64,000 bases of DNA from Lama guanicoe (lineage: Eukaryota): positions 8,205,352 through 8,269,351 of the forward strand of contig MU053934.1 of the NCBI GenBank assembly GCA_013239625.1, in the 5' to 3' direction. A program made the translations under genes and the position numbers. Of this stretch, positions 1 through 12,200 are shown in pieces. The notes under the pieces were generated by a model that saw only the letters and a program-made list of their open reading frames with translations, was not told the DNA's origin and searched no databases. Position 1 is the first letter of the stretch, and each line of letters opens with the position of its first letter.

Positions 1-361
1 TGACCATCTGAAAGTTGTCTGGACTTCTGTTTTCCAATTCCACTTCTATGCTCTCTCTTAATCCCTCTAGATGGGCTTTTGCCCGAACTGTTCTGCAGAG
101 TTTGGCCTTGTTAAGATCACCAAAAACCTCCATGTTGCTGTATCCAGTGGTCAGTTCTCAGCCCTCCTTTTGCGTGTCCTCTTGGCAGCACTAAGACAGG
201 TGATCACTTCTGCGTCCAGGACACTCCAGGTCCCTCTCCGGGTCCTCCTCCTCCTTCTCTGGCTGCTGCTTCTCGGGCTCCTCTGGGGGTCCCTCCCCAC
301 CTTCCCAGCCTCCTCTTCTCTCCACCTCTGTTCCCGAGGACCCCGTCTGCTCCCAAGGATT

Positions 362-1152
362 TAAACACATTAATGTCTCTCCAGCCTCAAGCTCCCAACA
401 TAGCTCCAAACTGTCTACTTGACATCACCAACTGGATATTTCTTTTTCCCTTTTTCTTTGTAAATTGAAGTATAGTGTAAATTGACAGTGTGTCAATTTC
501 TGGTGTACAGCATAACGTCTCAGCCATGGATATGTATACACATATTTGTTTTCATATTCTTTTTCGTTAAAGGTTATTACAAAATATTAAATGTTCCCTA
601 TGCTGTACAGAAGAAATTTGTTTTTAATCTATTTTTATATATAGTGGTTAACATTTGCAAACCTCAAACTCCCAAATTTATCCCTTCCCATCCCCTTTCC
701 CCCAGTAACCATAAGATTGTTTACTATGTCTGTGAGTCTGTTTCTGTTTTGTTCATATAAACACATTAATGTCTCTCCAGCCTCAAGCTCCCAACATAGC
801 TCCAAACTGTCTACTTGACATCACCAACTGGATATTTCTTTTTCCCTTTTTCTTTGTAAATTGAAGTATAGTGTAAATTGACAGTGTGTCAATTTCTGGT
901 GTACAGCATAACGTCTCAGCCATGGATATGTATACACATATTTGTTTTCATATTCTTTTTCGTTAAAGGTTATTACAAAATATTAAATGTTCCCTATGCT
1001 GTACAGAAGAAATTTGTTTTTAATCTATTTTTATATATAGTGGTTAACATTTGCAAACCTCAAACTCCCAAATTTATCCCTTCCCATCCCCTTTCCCCCA
1101 GTAACCATAAGATTGTTTACTATGTCTGTGAGTCTGTTTCTGTTTTGTTCAT
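362..1152. repeat. Exact tandem direct duplication: 362-756 and 758-1152 (395 bp each, one spacer base)
   Basis: The two copies read identically base by base at offset 396. ORFs 482.. and 878.. share the same first 92 aa. Confidence 0.97.
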
Positions 1153-1371
1153 TAGTGTTCTCTTTTTTCTTTTTTTAGATTCCACATGTGAGTGGTATCA
1201 TATGGTATTTTCCTTTGTCTTTCTGGTTTACTTTACTTAGAATGACAATCTCTAGGTCCATCCATGTTGCTGCAAATGGCATTCTTTTCTTCTTTATTAT
1301 GGCTGAGTAGTATTCCATTGCAGAAATACACCACAACTTTTTTATCCAGTCATCTGTCGATAGACATTTAG
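835..1371 (-). mobile_element. 5'-truncated LINE-1 3' end (antisense); part of it is also copied at about 439-756
   Basis: A T-rich tail is followed by 'ttagattccacatgtgagtggtatcatatggtatt...tctctaggtccatccatgttgctgcaaatggcatt', typical of laurasiatherian L1 3' UTR and ORF2 end. Confidence 0.85.
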
Positions 1372-1794
1372 AGACATCTCAAACTTAAAATGCTCAAAAC
1401 TAAAATCCTGATCTTTCTCCCCAGATCAGCTCTCCCCACAATTTTCCTGAGCTCAGTAAATACAACTCCATTGGAGTCCCAGAGCAGCTTCGGCCCCTCC
1501 CTTTCTCTCACAACCACATCCAGCCCATCAGTAAACCCTTCAGCTGTGTCCATAAACCTTGCATTTCCTGCAACCTCCATTGCTACTCCCATGGCCCCCT
1601 CACTGGTCAAGTCTCCCTGTTCAACCTCCACACAGCAGCCAGAGGGATCCTGTGAAAATCTTCATCACATCATGTCACCCCTCTGCTCAAAACCCTCACT
1701 GGCTCCCGTCTCCCTCCAAGGAGAAGCCACAGACCTCCTCTGCAACCTCTCTGCTCACATCCCTTGTCTTCTCTTTTGTTCCACCTGCTGCAGC

Positions 1795-2334
1795 TGTGAT
1801 GGCTTGTTTTACAGGGCCACTTGACTGGGCCGTGGGGGTAGCGCCCAGATATTTGCTCAAACACGGTGCCAGGTGGGTTTTGGTGAGGGCATTTCTAGAT
1901 GAGATGCACATTTGAATCTGTGGACAGAGTCAAGCGGGTCTCCCTCCCCGATGCAGGGGTGCCTCCTCCAACTCGCTGAGGCCCTGGACCAAACAAACAG
2001 CAAGGAAGGCAGAATTCCCTCCCTACCTGACTGTCTCTGAGCTGGGTCAGTGGTCCTTTCCTGCCTTCGGATTTGGACTTGGACTGGAATCTGCTGCACT
2101 GGCTCCCTTGGTCCTCAGGGGTTCAGACTGGGACTGGCTTTGGACCACCAGCTCCCCTGGGTCTCCAGCTGGTCAACTGCACATCTGGGACTTCTCAGCC
2201 TCCAAATCTGCGTGAGCTAATTCCTTCTAGTAAATTTCTTTATATATAATCTCTTTATATATATAGCTATCTACATAGAGATTTTATACATTTTATATAC
2301 ATTATATACAGGTATACATTTATATATCTAGATT

Positions 2335-2391
<57 letters not shown>

Positions 2392-2452
2392 TTATCTATC
2401 TATCTATCTCTATCTTACTGGTTCTGTCTTTCCAAGAACTCAGGCTACTACA
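1795..2452 (+). mobile_element. MLT2-family (ERVL) solo LTR
   Basis: It has TG...CA termini, begins 'tgtgatggcttgttttacagggccacttgactgggcc...cccagatatttgctcaaaca' and ends 'tggttctgtctttccaagaactcaggctactaca'. It is flanked by gcagc/gcacc, a 4/5 match to a 5-bp TSD. Confidence 0.85.
2335..2414. repeat. (TCTA)n tetranucleotide microsatellite preceded by a TA-rich stretch
   Basis: Directly visible, with one TTTA interruption near 2391. Confidence 0.97.
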
Positions 2453-2829
2453 GCACCTACACCAGCACAATCCATCTTTTCTGCCAGATAAACACATGGT
2501 TTATTCCCTTATGTCCTTCAAGTCACCTCTTACTGAGGCCCCCTCTGACCACCCTACTGAAAACAGTGCTCCATCATAAGCTCCTTCCCTGCTCTCAGAA
2601 GGTTTTTCTCCCTCGCACTTACCACCACCTAACAGTCCATATCTTTTATGTATGTGTTTTAAATTGTCTCTGGCTCCATAAAAGTAGGCTCTTCATTGGT
2701 TCTGGCCCTCTACTGTACCCTCAGGACCAATAACGATGCCTGGCACAGAACGGGCGCCCGGGAAGGATGGGGAGAACAGACAAATAATGAGAGAAGGATA
2801 AGGGAGACTATGCACTTGACTCGGTCCAA

Positions 2830-3390
2830 CGAAATCAGAAAACCTCGATGAAATGGGTGACTTTCCAAGAAAATAGAAATTACCCAATGGATCCAAGAGA
2901 GAATCTAAACAAACCGACTGCCAAGAAGAAAGAGAAAAACTGTCAACTTCAACTCCAAAGTCTAAAATAAGACAAAGGCAAATTAAAGCCCTAATGAGAA
3001 CACATCCCAGAGCACAGACAAAAGGAAGCTTCCACAGTCGTCCAGTCATCACATCGGCAGAGATCTAAAACACTGAGTGCACTGTGTGTCTGCTGGTTTG
3101 GGGGGAAAGCCTCTGCTTCATGCTGACGGGAGGGACATTGCGGTCACTTCTGGAAGGCAGCTGGATGCTCACCAAAGTTACAGATGCACACGCCCTCTGA
3201 CCCAGCAATTCCACTTAACAATTCTCCTACAAATGTGCTCACAAGGGCAAAATTCATATAAGCACATTTATTGCGGCAATGTGGGCAAAAGTAGAAGACC
3301 AGGATCAAAGAGATGACCATCAGTAGGGCACTGGTTCAAAAATGATGGCTCCCCATGTGATGGAGAACAATGCAGAATGATGTTGCGGCA
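2830..3390 (+). mobile_element. Old, degraded L1 fragments
   Basis: 'gaaaacctcgatgaaatgggtgactttccaagaaaatagaaattacc' is ORF2-like. 'ctctgacccagcaattccact...tgaccatcagtagggcactggtt' is 3'-end-like. Confidence 0.6.
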
Positions 3391-3559
3391 GAAAAGCCAG
3401 GCAACCTTCCAGGAGCTCAGTCTACCGGCTGCCCCAGGACGCCATCCTCAGACACCCCACCATCCTCTGATGTCACTGGGATGTGTGGCTATGGTACCGT
3501 CTGCAGGCTGAGGCCTTGCCCCCGAACCTCAGTCTTGCATCTCCCACCGCCTCCTGGGT

Positions 3560-4480
3560 ATCCCCCTTGCACGCCCCACAGGCTTCTCATCCTTAATGTG
3601 TCCAGAACCAAACTCCTGAACTTCCCACTAAACCCACTCCTTCTCGATCCTCCCCGACTCGGCTGATGGCAGCTCACTCTTCCAGAAGTTCAGCTCAGAA
3701 AGGAGTCCTTGACGCCTTTCCTCTCACACACAGGTCCAATCCATCAGCCAATCTCATTTATTCAAAACAGATGCAGTATCTAACACTTATTGCCATGTCT
3801 ACCATCACTACCATGGCCCAAGCTGCCATCCTCTCTTCCCTGGGTATTTAATACTACTAACTGGCTTCTTTCTTTCGGTGGTGGGGAGAAAATCAGGTTT
3901 ATTTACTTATCCATCTATTTATTTATTTTTAATGGCAGTACTGGGGATTGAACCCAGGACCTTGTGCATGCTAGGCACACACTCTACCACTATACCCTCC
4001 CGCCTCTAACTGGTTTCTCTGACGTCACCTCTCTCCAGTGCATTCTCCATAAAGGAGCCAGGGTTCTCTGTGCTTTTAAAAATTATGATTATATATTAAA
4101 TCTCCTCTGCTTGAAACCCTCTAATGGCTTCTCATCACCAAGTCCCTGGAGACTCTCCAGGCTCCTCAGAACCTTTCTGATGTGGTCCCCTGTCAAGCCC
4201 CTCCTTGTCACTCCTCTCCAGCCACATGAGCCTCTTGGCTGTTCTTTCAATGTTCCTGGATACTCCTGCCTCAGGGTCTTTGCACTTGCTGTTCCCTCTG
4301 CCTAGACTGCTCTCCTAGGCATCTACGCACAGCTAATCTTATCAGCAACCTTAAGTCTTGGTGCAGACGGTGTGCCTGCACCCCCATGCACCCCCAGTCC
4401 CCTGCTTACTGCTCCCTACTGCACCCCCGCCAGCTGGCACCCTGCCTCCTTCGTTTGAGTGATCTCTGTCTTTCCCTGGC
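3560..4480 (+). mobile_element. LINE-2 fragment (host of the SINE)
   Basis: Motifs 'cttaatgtgtccagaaccaaactcctga', 'ctctgcttgaaaccctctaatggcttctcat' and 'cctgcctcagggtctttgcacttgctgttccctctgcctaga'. Confidence 0.7.
3870..4005 (-). mobile_element. Camelid Vic-1-type tRNA-derived SINE inserted in an L2 fragment
   Basis: The reverse strand reads gggagggtatagtggtagagtgtgtgcctagcatgcacaaggtcctgggttcaatccccagtactgccattaaaaataaataaat, including the B box GGTTCAATCC. The 13-bp TSD is ctaactggcttct (3857-3869) and ctaactggtttct (4006-4018). Confidence 0.85.
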
Positions 4481-7310
4481 TCACAAGTTCCAAGAGGGCT
4501 GGCTTATCTGGTGGTCTGTTTTCTGCTCTACCTCATCCCTGAGAACCTGAATGGGTGGGGGTAGTGGGAGAACCTGTAGTAGGCAACCCAGACTCTAGCC
4601 TTGGAGACCCCACCTGGAGGTGTGGACAGTGACATCAGCTGGATGAATGCTGAGACAGAGGAAGATCCAGGGGCTGAGGGAAGAGGAAAGTCAGAGGAAG
4701 TCTGCGGAGGATGTCCAGGTGGCTGTCTAGTCTTTGCTTGGCTTCCCCAAGGGACAGCGAACTCACTACCTTACAGCCCACTCCAGCTGTTCAGTGAGCT
4801 GGAAAACTTATATAATGCAGACTGAATCTCTTCTCGTAATTCACACCCTGGCCCCCACTGCCCTTGGTGGCCCTTCTGGGATATGGTGGCGGCAATGTCC
4901 CTTCTCACTTGTCCTTGCTGTTCTAGGCTGACGTGGCCATGGGGCTCCCCATTCTCCTAGTCGAGGCAGTATCACTCCCCGCCTTGGCCGAGGGCTCTGT
5001 GTGGCTGTCCCTTCTCCTGAGCCCCACAGCCAGGCCAGCCCCTGCACTTCCCTGGAGTGACTTCTTGGGAGGGCAGGAGCTGCCCCAGTCACTCTGCAGG
5101 GAGACACCTTTTTGGGGGATGACAGGCACAAAATCCAGATTGGTGGAACCTTGGGGGAAGGGGCCACTGGCAGGGAGGGGCAGGCTAGAAGTCTCCCTGG
5201 TGCCAGTGTTGCTCCACTTCGCAAGCTGGGTGGTGAGGACCTAGTGTGTATGTCACATGGGTGCCTTATATGTACATTTTTAGATTTTTTTTGCACAACA
5301 TGAAATAATTCAAAACCAAAAATGTTTAAAAATTCTGCCCTCTTTTTTTTAGAGGGTAAAGTTTGGCCGGCCATGCAGGCCTCTCACCGCCAGACATCTA
5401 TGACTGTTTCTGCTTCTTTGCTCTTCACTTCAGAGGACTTTCTTTCCAGAACAGCCAAGTGGGCTCCCACATGCTGGGAACATCTTCCGCTTTCTCTACT
5501 TGACAAACTCCTACTCATCCTTCATGACCCTGCTCACTGCGCATCCCTTCCATCCATGCAGCTCGTCTGACTTCCACAGGCCTCTGGGACGGTCAGCACC
5601 ACGTGGTACTGTAGAGGGCTGGGGACAGTCATCTCCACTGGCCTTGGAATCAGGCCTGGGTTCAGATCCCATGTCTGTTCCTCACAAGCTATAGTCACCT
5701 AACCTCTCTGGGCCTCCAAACCCACCTGGTGCCATTCCAGTCATGTTGGACCGGCCTCACCGCTGGCCCATGGGGAATTTCACTGCTGTGGACACCCACT
5801 AGCTGGTTGATTGCTATGGCTTGGCCTGTGGGGACACAGCCCAGAGCATCAGCTCCTGTGTGGCCCAGGCACCTCGCGAACACTCTCTGTGCAGCCTTCG
5901 GAACAAAACTGCAGCAGATGTCAACTTTTGTTCTGCTTTCATTGGCAGCTGTGCCTCGGCCACATTCGGAGCTGCAGCCCATGAGCGCAGGAAGCTGTCC
6001 CCGTGCAGTGGCAGGTCCCTGTCCCCCAGAGCCCACCTGCCCTAATCCTCCCAGCAACTTTGCTAGTAGACGGGCCGCTTCCTGCCAGACAGCCCCATGG
6101 AAACCAGCCCAGCACCATCGATGCTCCTTTTGTGTGGTGTCAACGTTGGCACCTCCCACCAGGCCTTCAGGGAGCCCTCAGTGATAGCAGCTTCTGCCAG
6201 GCCTGGGCTGGGTGCTGGGGCACAGACCTCTCAGGCGTGGTTCCAGCCCTTGAGGGCTCTGAGCTGGGGGGAGCCACAGCGGGACCCAAAAACAAGAGCA
6301 GCAGATCTGGACTGTCAGCAGTGAGGGCCTGCGGGGCACGGCCTTGGACAGGGGCGGGGGAGTCAGGGGAAACTCTCATGTCAGGAGAGGGGGAAGGCAC
6401 TTGGGGGGTGGAGGGCCCACAGCCTGAGCCAAGGCCAATCAGAGGGGTCACAGTGGGAGACACAGGATGGTCCTTGCTGCAAGGCCACCCCTCGGGCGCA
6501 GGGCAGCAGCCTGGACGGGCTCAGGGCAGGCAGGCGGGCTGGACAGCGGGCACCACTGCCCTGGATAGAGAAGCAGGGCTGGAACTGGGCCCTCCCCGGG
6601 ACGAGGAGGGTTCCCAGCTGGCATCTGCAACCTAACTGGGGAGATAAGACAGAGCACCTGGCAATTTGAATAACAATGAACGCTTTCAGAATGCTGAGAG
6701 AATCTGTAACAATAACTGCTCACGATAAAAGCATAAAAGCCAAGGAGTCACAGGCACAACATGACTAATCTCCAGGTGAACTGAGACAACGCTCCGCAGC
6801 ACTGATAACAGCCCGCCCATATTTAGCACTGATAAGCCAAGCCCTGGGATAGGAGCCCTCGGCACGCTTTCCACAGCATCCTCAGCACCCCGAGAGGTGG
6901 AGACAGTTACCACATCTTACAGAGGAGTGGACAGTTCAGGACCACTGTCGGGGTCAAGATGGCAATCCCATGGAGGTGAGATCAGAGTCTCCCGGAGCAG
7001 AGCTCTTAGTCACCAAAGGTGTGGTCATGGGGGGCTGCACGGAGGAGGTGTGCTCGTGTAATGATGGTAGAAAGTGAAACGGAAGCATTGAGAGAAAGCA
7101 GCTTAAAATTGCAGGAAGCTGCCCTACACACTGGCTGAAACAAACCTGAAACTAACACTGAAACAGACAAAAAGACTGGTGAGGGGGCACAGCAGCAGGA
7201 GCTGCCATCCACGCCCGCGGGGAGGGCAAAATGGTCCGGCCACTTTGTGAAACTGGGGGGCAGCACGTGCTGGAGCTGAACCTGCACCTGTCCCATGAGG
7301 ACACAGCACC

Positions 7311-7770
7311 TGTGTAGGCACAGTTCAGGCCCCCAAAGAGGTCCCTCTCCAGGAGCTGTGAATGTGACCTCATATGGTGCAAGGGAGTCTGCTGGTGTGA
7401 ATAAGTTGAGGACCCTGAGAGAGCGAGGCTTTCCTGGGTTACCCCGGTGGGCCCAGGCCATCACAAGGGTCCTGTAAAGAGGGGAGCAGGAGGGTCACAG
7501 TCAGAGGAGATGTGAGGATGGAAGCAGAGGTCAGAGTGATGAACACAGGGCCATGGGCACAGGCCGCCTCCAGAAACGGGCAAAAGCCAGGGGACAGAGT
7601 CTCTCTGGAGCCCGCAAGGAACCACTCTGACAACACCTTGAAATCAGGTGTTCCTCAGGCTCATTTTGAACTTCTGCCCTCAGAACTAGCAGAGAAAACA
7701 TTTGTGCTGTTTTAAGCCACTGAATTTGTGGTCACTGGTTGCAGCAGTGGCAGGACAGGCTACAATAATA
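7311..7770 (+). mobile_element. MLT1 (MaLR, MLT1D-like) LTR nested in an old L1 3' fragment (about 7080-8000)
   Basis: Motifs 'ctgtgaatgtgacctcatatgg', 'atcacaagggtcctgtaaagagg', 'agatgtgaggatggaagcagaggtcagagtgatg' and 'tttgtgctgttttaagccactgaatttgtggtca'. Confidence 0.8.
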
Positions 7771-8539
7771 CCCGAGAGAAAGGTGTACACTGCTTTCCCG
7801 GGGGGCTTGGATGTAAGCGTTCAGAGCGGCTTTACTGATAATGGCCCCATGGTGGAAACAGCCCAAACGTCCTCCGAAGGTAAAGGGATAAAAGAAGTGT
7901 GATGCACCCATACGATGGCATACTACACAGCAGGAAAAAAGAACGAGCTTGTGCTGCACCCAACATCATGGAGGAATCCATCTTATTGATAAAATACCAT
8001 GTGAGAGACTTGGACCCGAAGGGCCCACACCATCCAATTCCAGGCTAGGAGCAGCCCAGGGTTGGCGAGGCAAAATGAACTCAGGGGCTGACATCCTCAG
8101 GATGTCAGAGGAGCGGTGTTGAGCGGACGAGAGAGAGCCTTCTGCGTGTTGAAAAATTCACCGTCTCAGACTGAAGTTGATGGAGCCGAACTTTGTGTGC
8201 TTTAACTCGGACAGTAAGACATGAGCCACCAGTGCCTCCTCTGGGAAGCCTCCCGGGCCAGCTCTGGCAAGGGCTGCTCTGTCAATATTTTCTGGAGGAA
8301 CCAACGGAAGCGGCTGCCTCTCAACACTCCCACGTCTCATTAAGTACACAGCACCTCAGGTTCGCGGCTCCCAACTGGGTGAAAAGAAACCCTCTGTGCG
8401 TGCAGCTTTGCTGATTTACAGATAATTCGCACAGACACCATTTCATTTGCCTGCCACCCCAAAGGCAGGTAGGCTGTCCCATTTCACAGATGAGGACAGG
8501 AGGTTTGGAGGACGGGGGGTGTGTTGGTTGCCGGACACT

Positions 8540-9295
8540 CCACATCCTTTCCCTTTTCCCCTTCTGAACTGGTCTCTGTATCCCTCAGGAATGACACCAG
8601 CCCCAGCTTTGGTGGGGGGCTGCTGAATGGATCAGCCCATTACCATGTCCCCCTGTGCCCCCTCCCTGGGATGGGCACATGGCCCACATTGGGATGATCA
8701 GGACCAGTAAGATGTGGTTCTGGGGCCTCTGTTTGAGCCACAGGGAGGCTGCTGCTGCCTTTTCTGATGGATTTGGACTGTGGCTCTGGGAGCTGGTGGC
8801 AGCTAACTTGTGGCCCAGAGGGAGAGCTGGGTCTAATCTCAGGGAAGTGCAGGTAAAAACTGTGAGGCTAGATCTTCATCAGATGGTTAGGGCTGCTGGA
8901 TGAAGCCTCTCCTGAAGTCCATATGTCTCTCCAGCACATCCAGTTGCACAAGTCAAACGCTCTCTTTACTGTGTGAGCCACTCTGAGCGCGGTTTGCTGC
9001 TGCCCGCCAAGTGAGAACATTCTAACTGACAACTGTCACTGGCACCAGTGGCTAGAATCGAAGTGACAGGAACGGAATGTCACTTCCAAGATCAGGCCAA
9101 AAAGGTTGTGCCCTTTATCTTACTCGGAACCTTACACTCTATCCCCGAGCCCTCTTCTGGGGGACTCCAGTGGCCATGTTGTGAGCTGCCCCCCAGAGAG
9201 GCCCACATGGCACAAAGATGCCTCCTGAGGGGAGGACCTGGGGCTGCCGGCAGCCACATGCATGAGTTTAGAAATAGATCCTTCTCTCCCCACAT
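8540..9295 (+). mobile_element. Degraded MLT1-family LTR fragments (probably two elements)
   Basis: There is an LTR-type end 'gagaacattctaactgaca' at about 9030, and 'ggccatgttgtgagctgccc...gagaggcccacatggca' follows it. Confidence 0.55.
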
Positions 9296-12200
9296 TCCTG
9301 CCCCCTGACTTTCCTTCTGATGCCCGAATGCACTGGCTCTCTGCCTCGGTGCCTTTGCACATGCCACTCCCAGTGCCTAGAATGGTGCCCACTCCCACCT
9401 CAATCTCCTCCAACCTCGGCAGCTCACTCTTTTCCATCCAACAGGTCTCAGCTGCCCGGAGAGGTAGAGGCCAGATCACGGAGGGCCATGAATGCCGAGC
9501 AGAGGGCCTGTCCTACTCACACAGGCCATGCGAGCCTCAGAAGGGCTTACAGCTGAGGAGCGCTGACCAGGTGCCTCCACGGATGCAGGGCTGGAGGCTG
9601 CCCTGGCTCTGGTTGGCGGAGGAGGAGGGGTCCGTGGGGAGCTGTGCCTGGCTCTGGGGGCCTCGTTGCTAACTCCCCACATGGACCCTTCCTTCCTGTC
9701 TCTTCACCCACCTGCCTTGAGCACATTTCTCTGGGAGCAGAGGGTCTTTAAACTCCACATCTTCAAGGTTAATTTTTAATGCAGCTTTGGTAAATATTTG
9801 ATACCATTGCTTCCATGGGCGCTCTTCATTCTGCATTAAATGCCACAAAGTGCTCAAGACGCTGTCTTTTTCATCCCCCTCCTCCTGCTGTATAAAAATA
9901 AAGACTCTCTCCCTCTGCTTCCTGCTATGAATTTTTCAAAGCACTTTCCACATCCATTCTTGTCCCTGATCCATGTTTCCATTAGACAGGCAGAAGGTCA
10001 GAGAGGCTTTGAGTTAAAAAGACACCACAGAAGCATTCTGTCCCTTCTCTCATTTGACAAGAGGGGAAAATGAAGCCTAGGGAGGGACGTGGCTGCCCAA
10101 GGTTAAACAGCGACCCAGTGGTGGGCAGAGTCGAACAAGCAGCTGTGACTCCCAGACCAGGGCTCTGCTCCAGGTACTGGGATCCCCGGTGGGACTCAGA
10201 CTGCCCTTGCCCTTGCCCAGTCCAGTGGGCACAGATGTGACAACAGACCACATGGTCCTGGCTGTGATGGGAGCAGGAAGCAGAGAGAAAAGTCCTCCAG
10301 AGGAGGGAGGGAGGCCTGGAGGAGGAGTGACCTGGGCAAGGTTTTGAGGGATGAGTAGGAGTTCGTGGGTAACTGGGGTAGAGAACCCAGTGGTGCCAGT
10401 CTTGGGTGAGCATCTCACGGGCAGAGACAGCATCTGACCCACTCCATTCTATGTCCCCAGACCTGGCCTGGGGCCCAGGCTTTGGTGCACGTTTTGTAAA
10501 CCCTTTGGAAATTAAGGTGCTTCCTTGCTCTGGGGACATTTGTACCTTGCCCTTGGCCATCCATGGCTCCTGGTTCCCTGGCCCGGGCACCATCCACGTC
10601 GCTATGCTCCCCCCGGTCTGGACGCTGACCTGGCCCTGTGCCTACTTTACTGCATCCCTGGCTGCCTCAGATGCCCTGACCCCTTCCCTAGGCCTTTCCC
10701 ACTGCCCTTGGGTCAGGACAGAGGCAGCAGGAGGGGGCTGAGGCCTGGGTAGGGTCACACCCTAGCTTGTGAGCGAGCGTGCAACACACACATTCAAGCA
10801 CACACACGTCACACACTCTTCACACACACACATATGCAGACTACATCCTCCCACACATTGTATACACACACCCCCTCTAGGCTTGGCCTTCCCTGGCTGG
10901 CCCTACAGCCAGGGAGGAGGCCATCTCTCACAGGCAATGTGTCCCGAGCCATCCTCCCTCCCGGCCCCTCCCTCTCCCACCCACCTGTGCCCCGCCCCAG
11001 CCCTCTGATGCACGCTTGCCCTTTTCACCCCACCCACCCTACCCCATGCCGCATCCCAGGGTGCCCCCCACGATCAGTGATGATAAACACAGGCCATGAC
11101 CGCAGCCCTCGCCCCACCTCCTGAGTTGTCCTTCCTGGGCTGTGGTGACAATGCACGTCACTCACATCAGACCCCACAGGGGTCCTCGGCGCTCCCTCTG
11201 CCCTGCCCCCACAACACTCCCTCTGCAGGGCCTGTCTCATCTACATCCAAAATATTTCCTCATCAGTCCCTGACTCCATCACCTCCGCCCCCTCGCCTAC
11301 ACCACCTCGGGCTCTTCCCTGCAGCCTCCCTGCCTCCTCCTATCAGCTCTGCCCAGGGTAGAGGGGGGCACTGTCACCAAAACTCCCATTGGACCAAGTC
11401 ACCTGATGCTGAAGGCACGTCACCTGCCCCACGTTTTCCTTAAAGCCGTGGACATGCTCTCTCCCCGCCACGAGGGCCAGTAGCGCCCTGCGTGTCCTGC
11501 TCTCCGACGCATCCACTGCGAGTCACACCAGCAGCCAGAAGAGTGGCTTTTCGGGAAAGAGGCGAGCAGGGCTCCACCACACGCCCATGTCGATCGGGGC
11601 ACATCTAGAGGTGGGGATCTGCCCCTTGGAATCGTGTAAGTGACGGTGTCGGCCAGGGTCAGGGACACAGTCACTGGGTGTTACTATAGGATCTCGTGTG
11701 TCCACGCTTGTTGGCAGAGAGGGTCCAGAAAAGGCACCAGCAGCTCAGAAGGGGTCACTGGGTGGTGCTGGATATGGGAGTGGGGCCTGTCTGCAGTGGG
11801 GCTGGGGGCCGAGTGGCAGCGGGGCTTCTGGATGCACGGAAGAGGCCTGCCTGGAACGGGCTCTCCAGGATGCCTCATGGGGTCTGCCGGCCTGGGGTCA
11901 GTGGTCAGGAAGGAGAGCTGGATGTGGACAGAGTGAAGACAGACTGGGGCCCGGGGCAGCTCTGCAGCCCTGCCTCCCTGGCCCTGAGACCACAGGGCCC
12001 AGTGATGGCTCTTTCCAGCCTCCTGAATCTGGACAACTCCAGCGGCCTCACCAGGTAGTGGGCTCTGGGACACGAAGACCCCAGGGTGACCATGCCCACA
12101 ACAGAACAATCTAGCATGCCTTCTCCCTTGTCTTGTTTGGCTGGACGAGCTGGGACACAAATCCTCAGCCACTTCCAGCCGAGAAAAGGGGGCATGTGGC

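Larger units (their letters stand above)
20..1790 (+). mobile_element. Ancient LINE-2 fragment, interrupted by an L1 insertion and the duplication; it continues after the MLT2 LTR to about 2760
   Basis: L2-like motifs include 'gatcaccaaaaacctccatgttgct...gtggtcagttctcag', 'ctacttgacatcaccaactggatat' and 'gacatctcaaacttaaaatgctcaaaactaaaatcctgatct'. Boundaries are approximate. Confidence 0.7.

Noticed and set aside
482..1240. Two hydrophobic ORFs with identical N-termini, resembling duplicated membrane-protein genes
   Set aside because: They are translations of the antisense L1 3' UTR within the tandem duplication, and their starts are non-ATG.
3935..4002. tRNA-like sequence with a B box
   Set aside because: It is the head of a SINE with an A-rich tail and TSD, not a tRNA gene.
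5591..5630. Partial REST/RE1-like site (tcagcaccacg)
   Set aside because: Only the left half-site is present, and the GGACAG half is not at canonical spacing.
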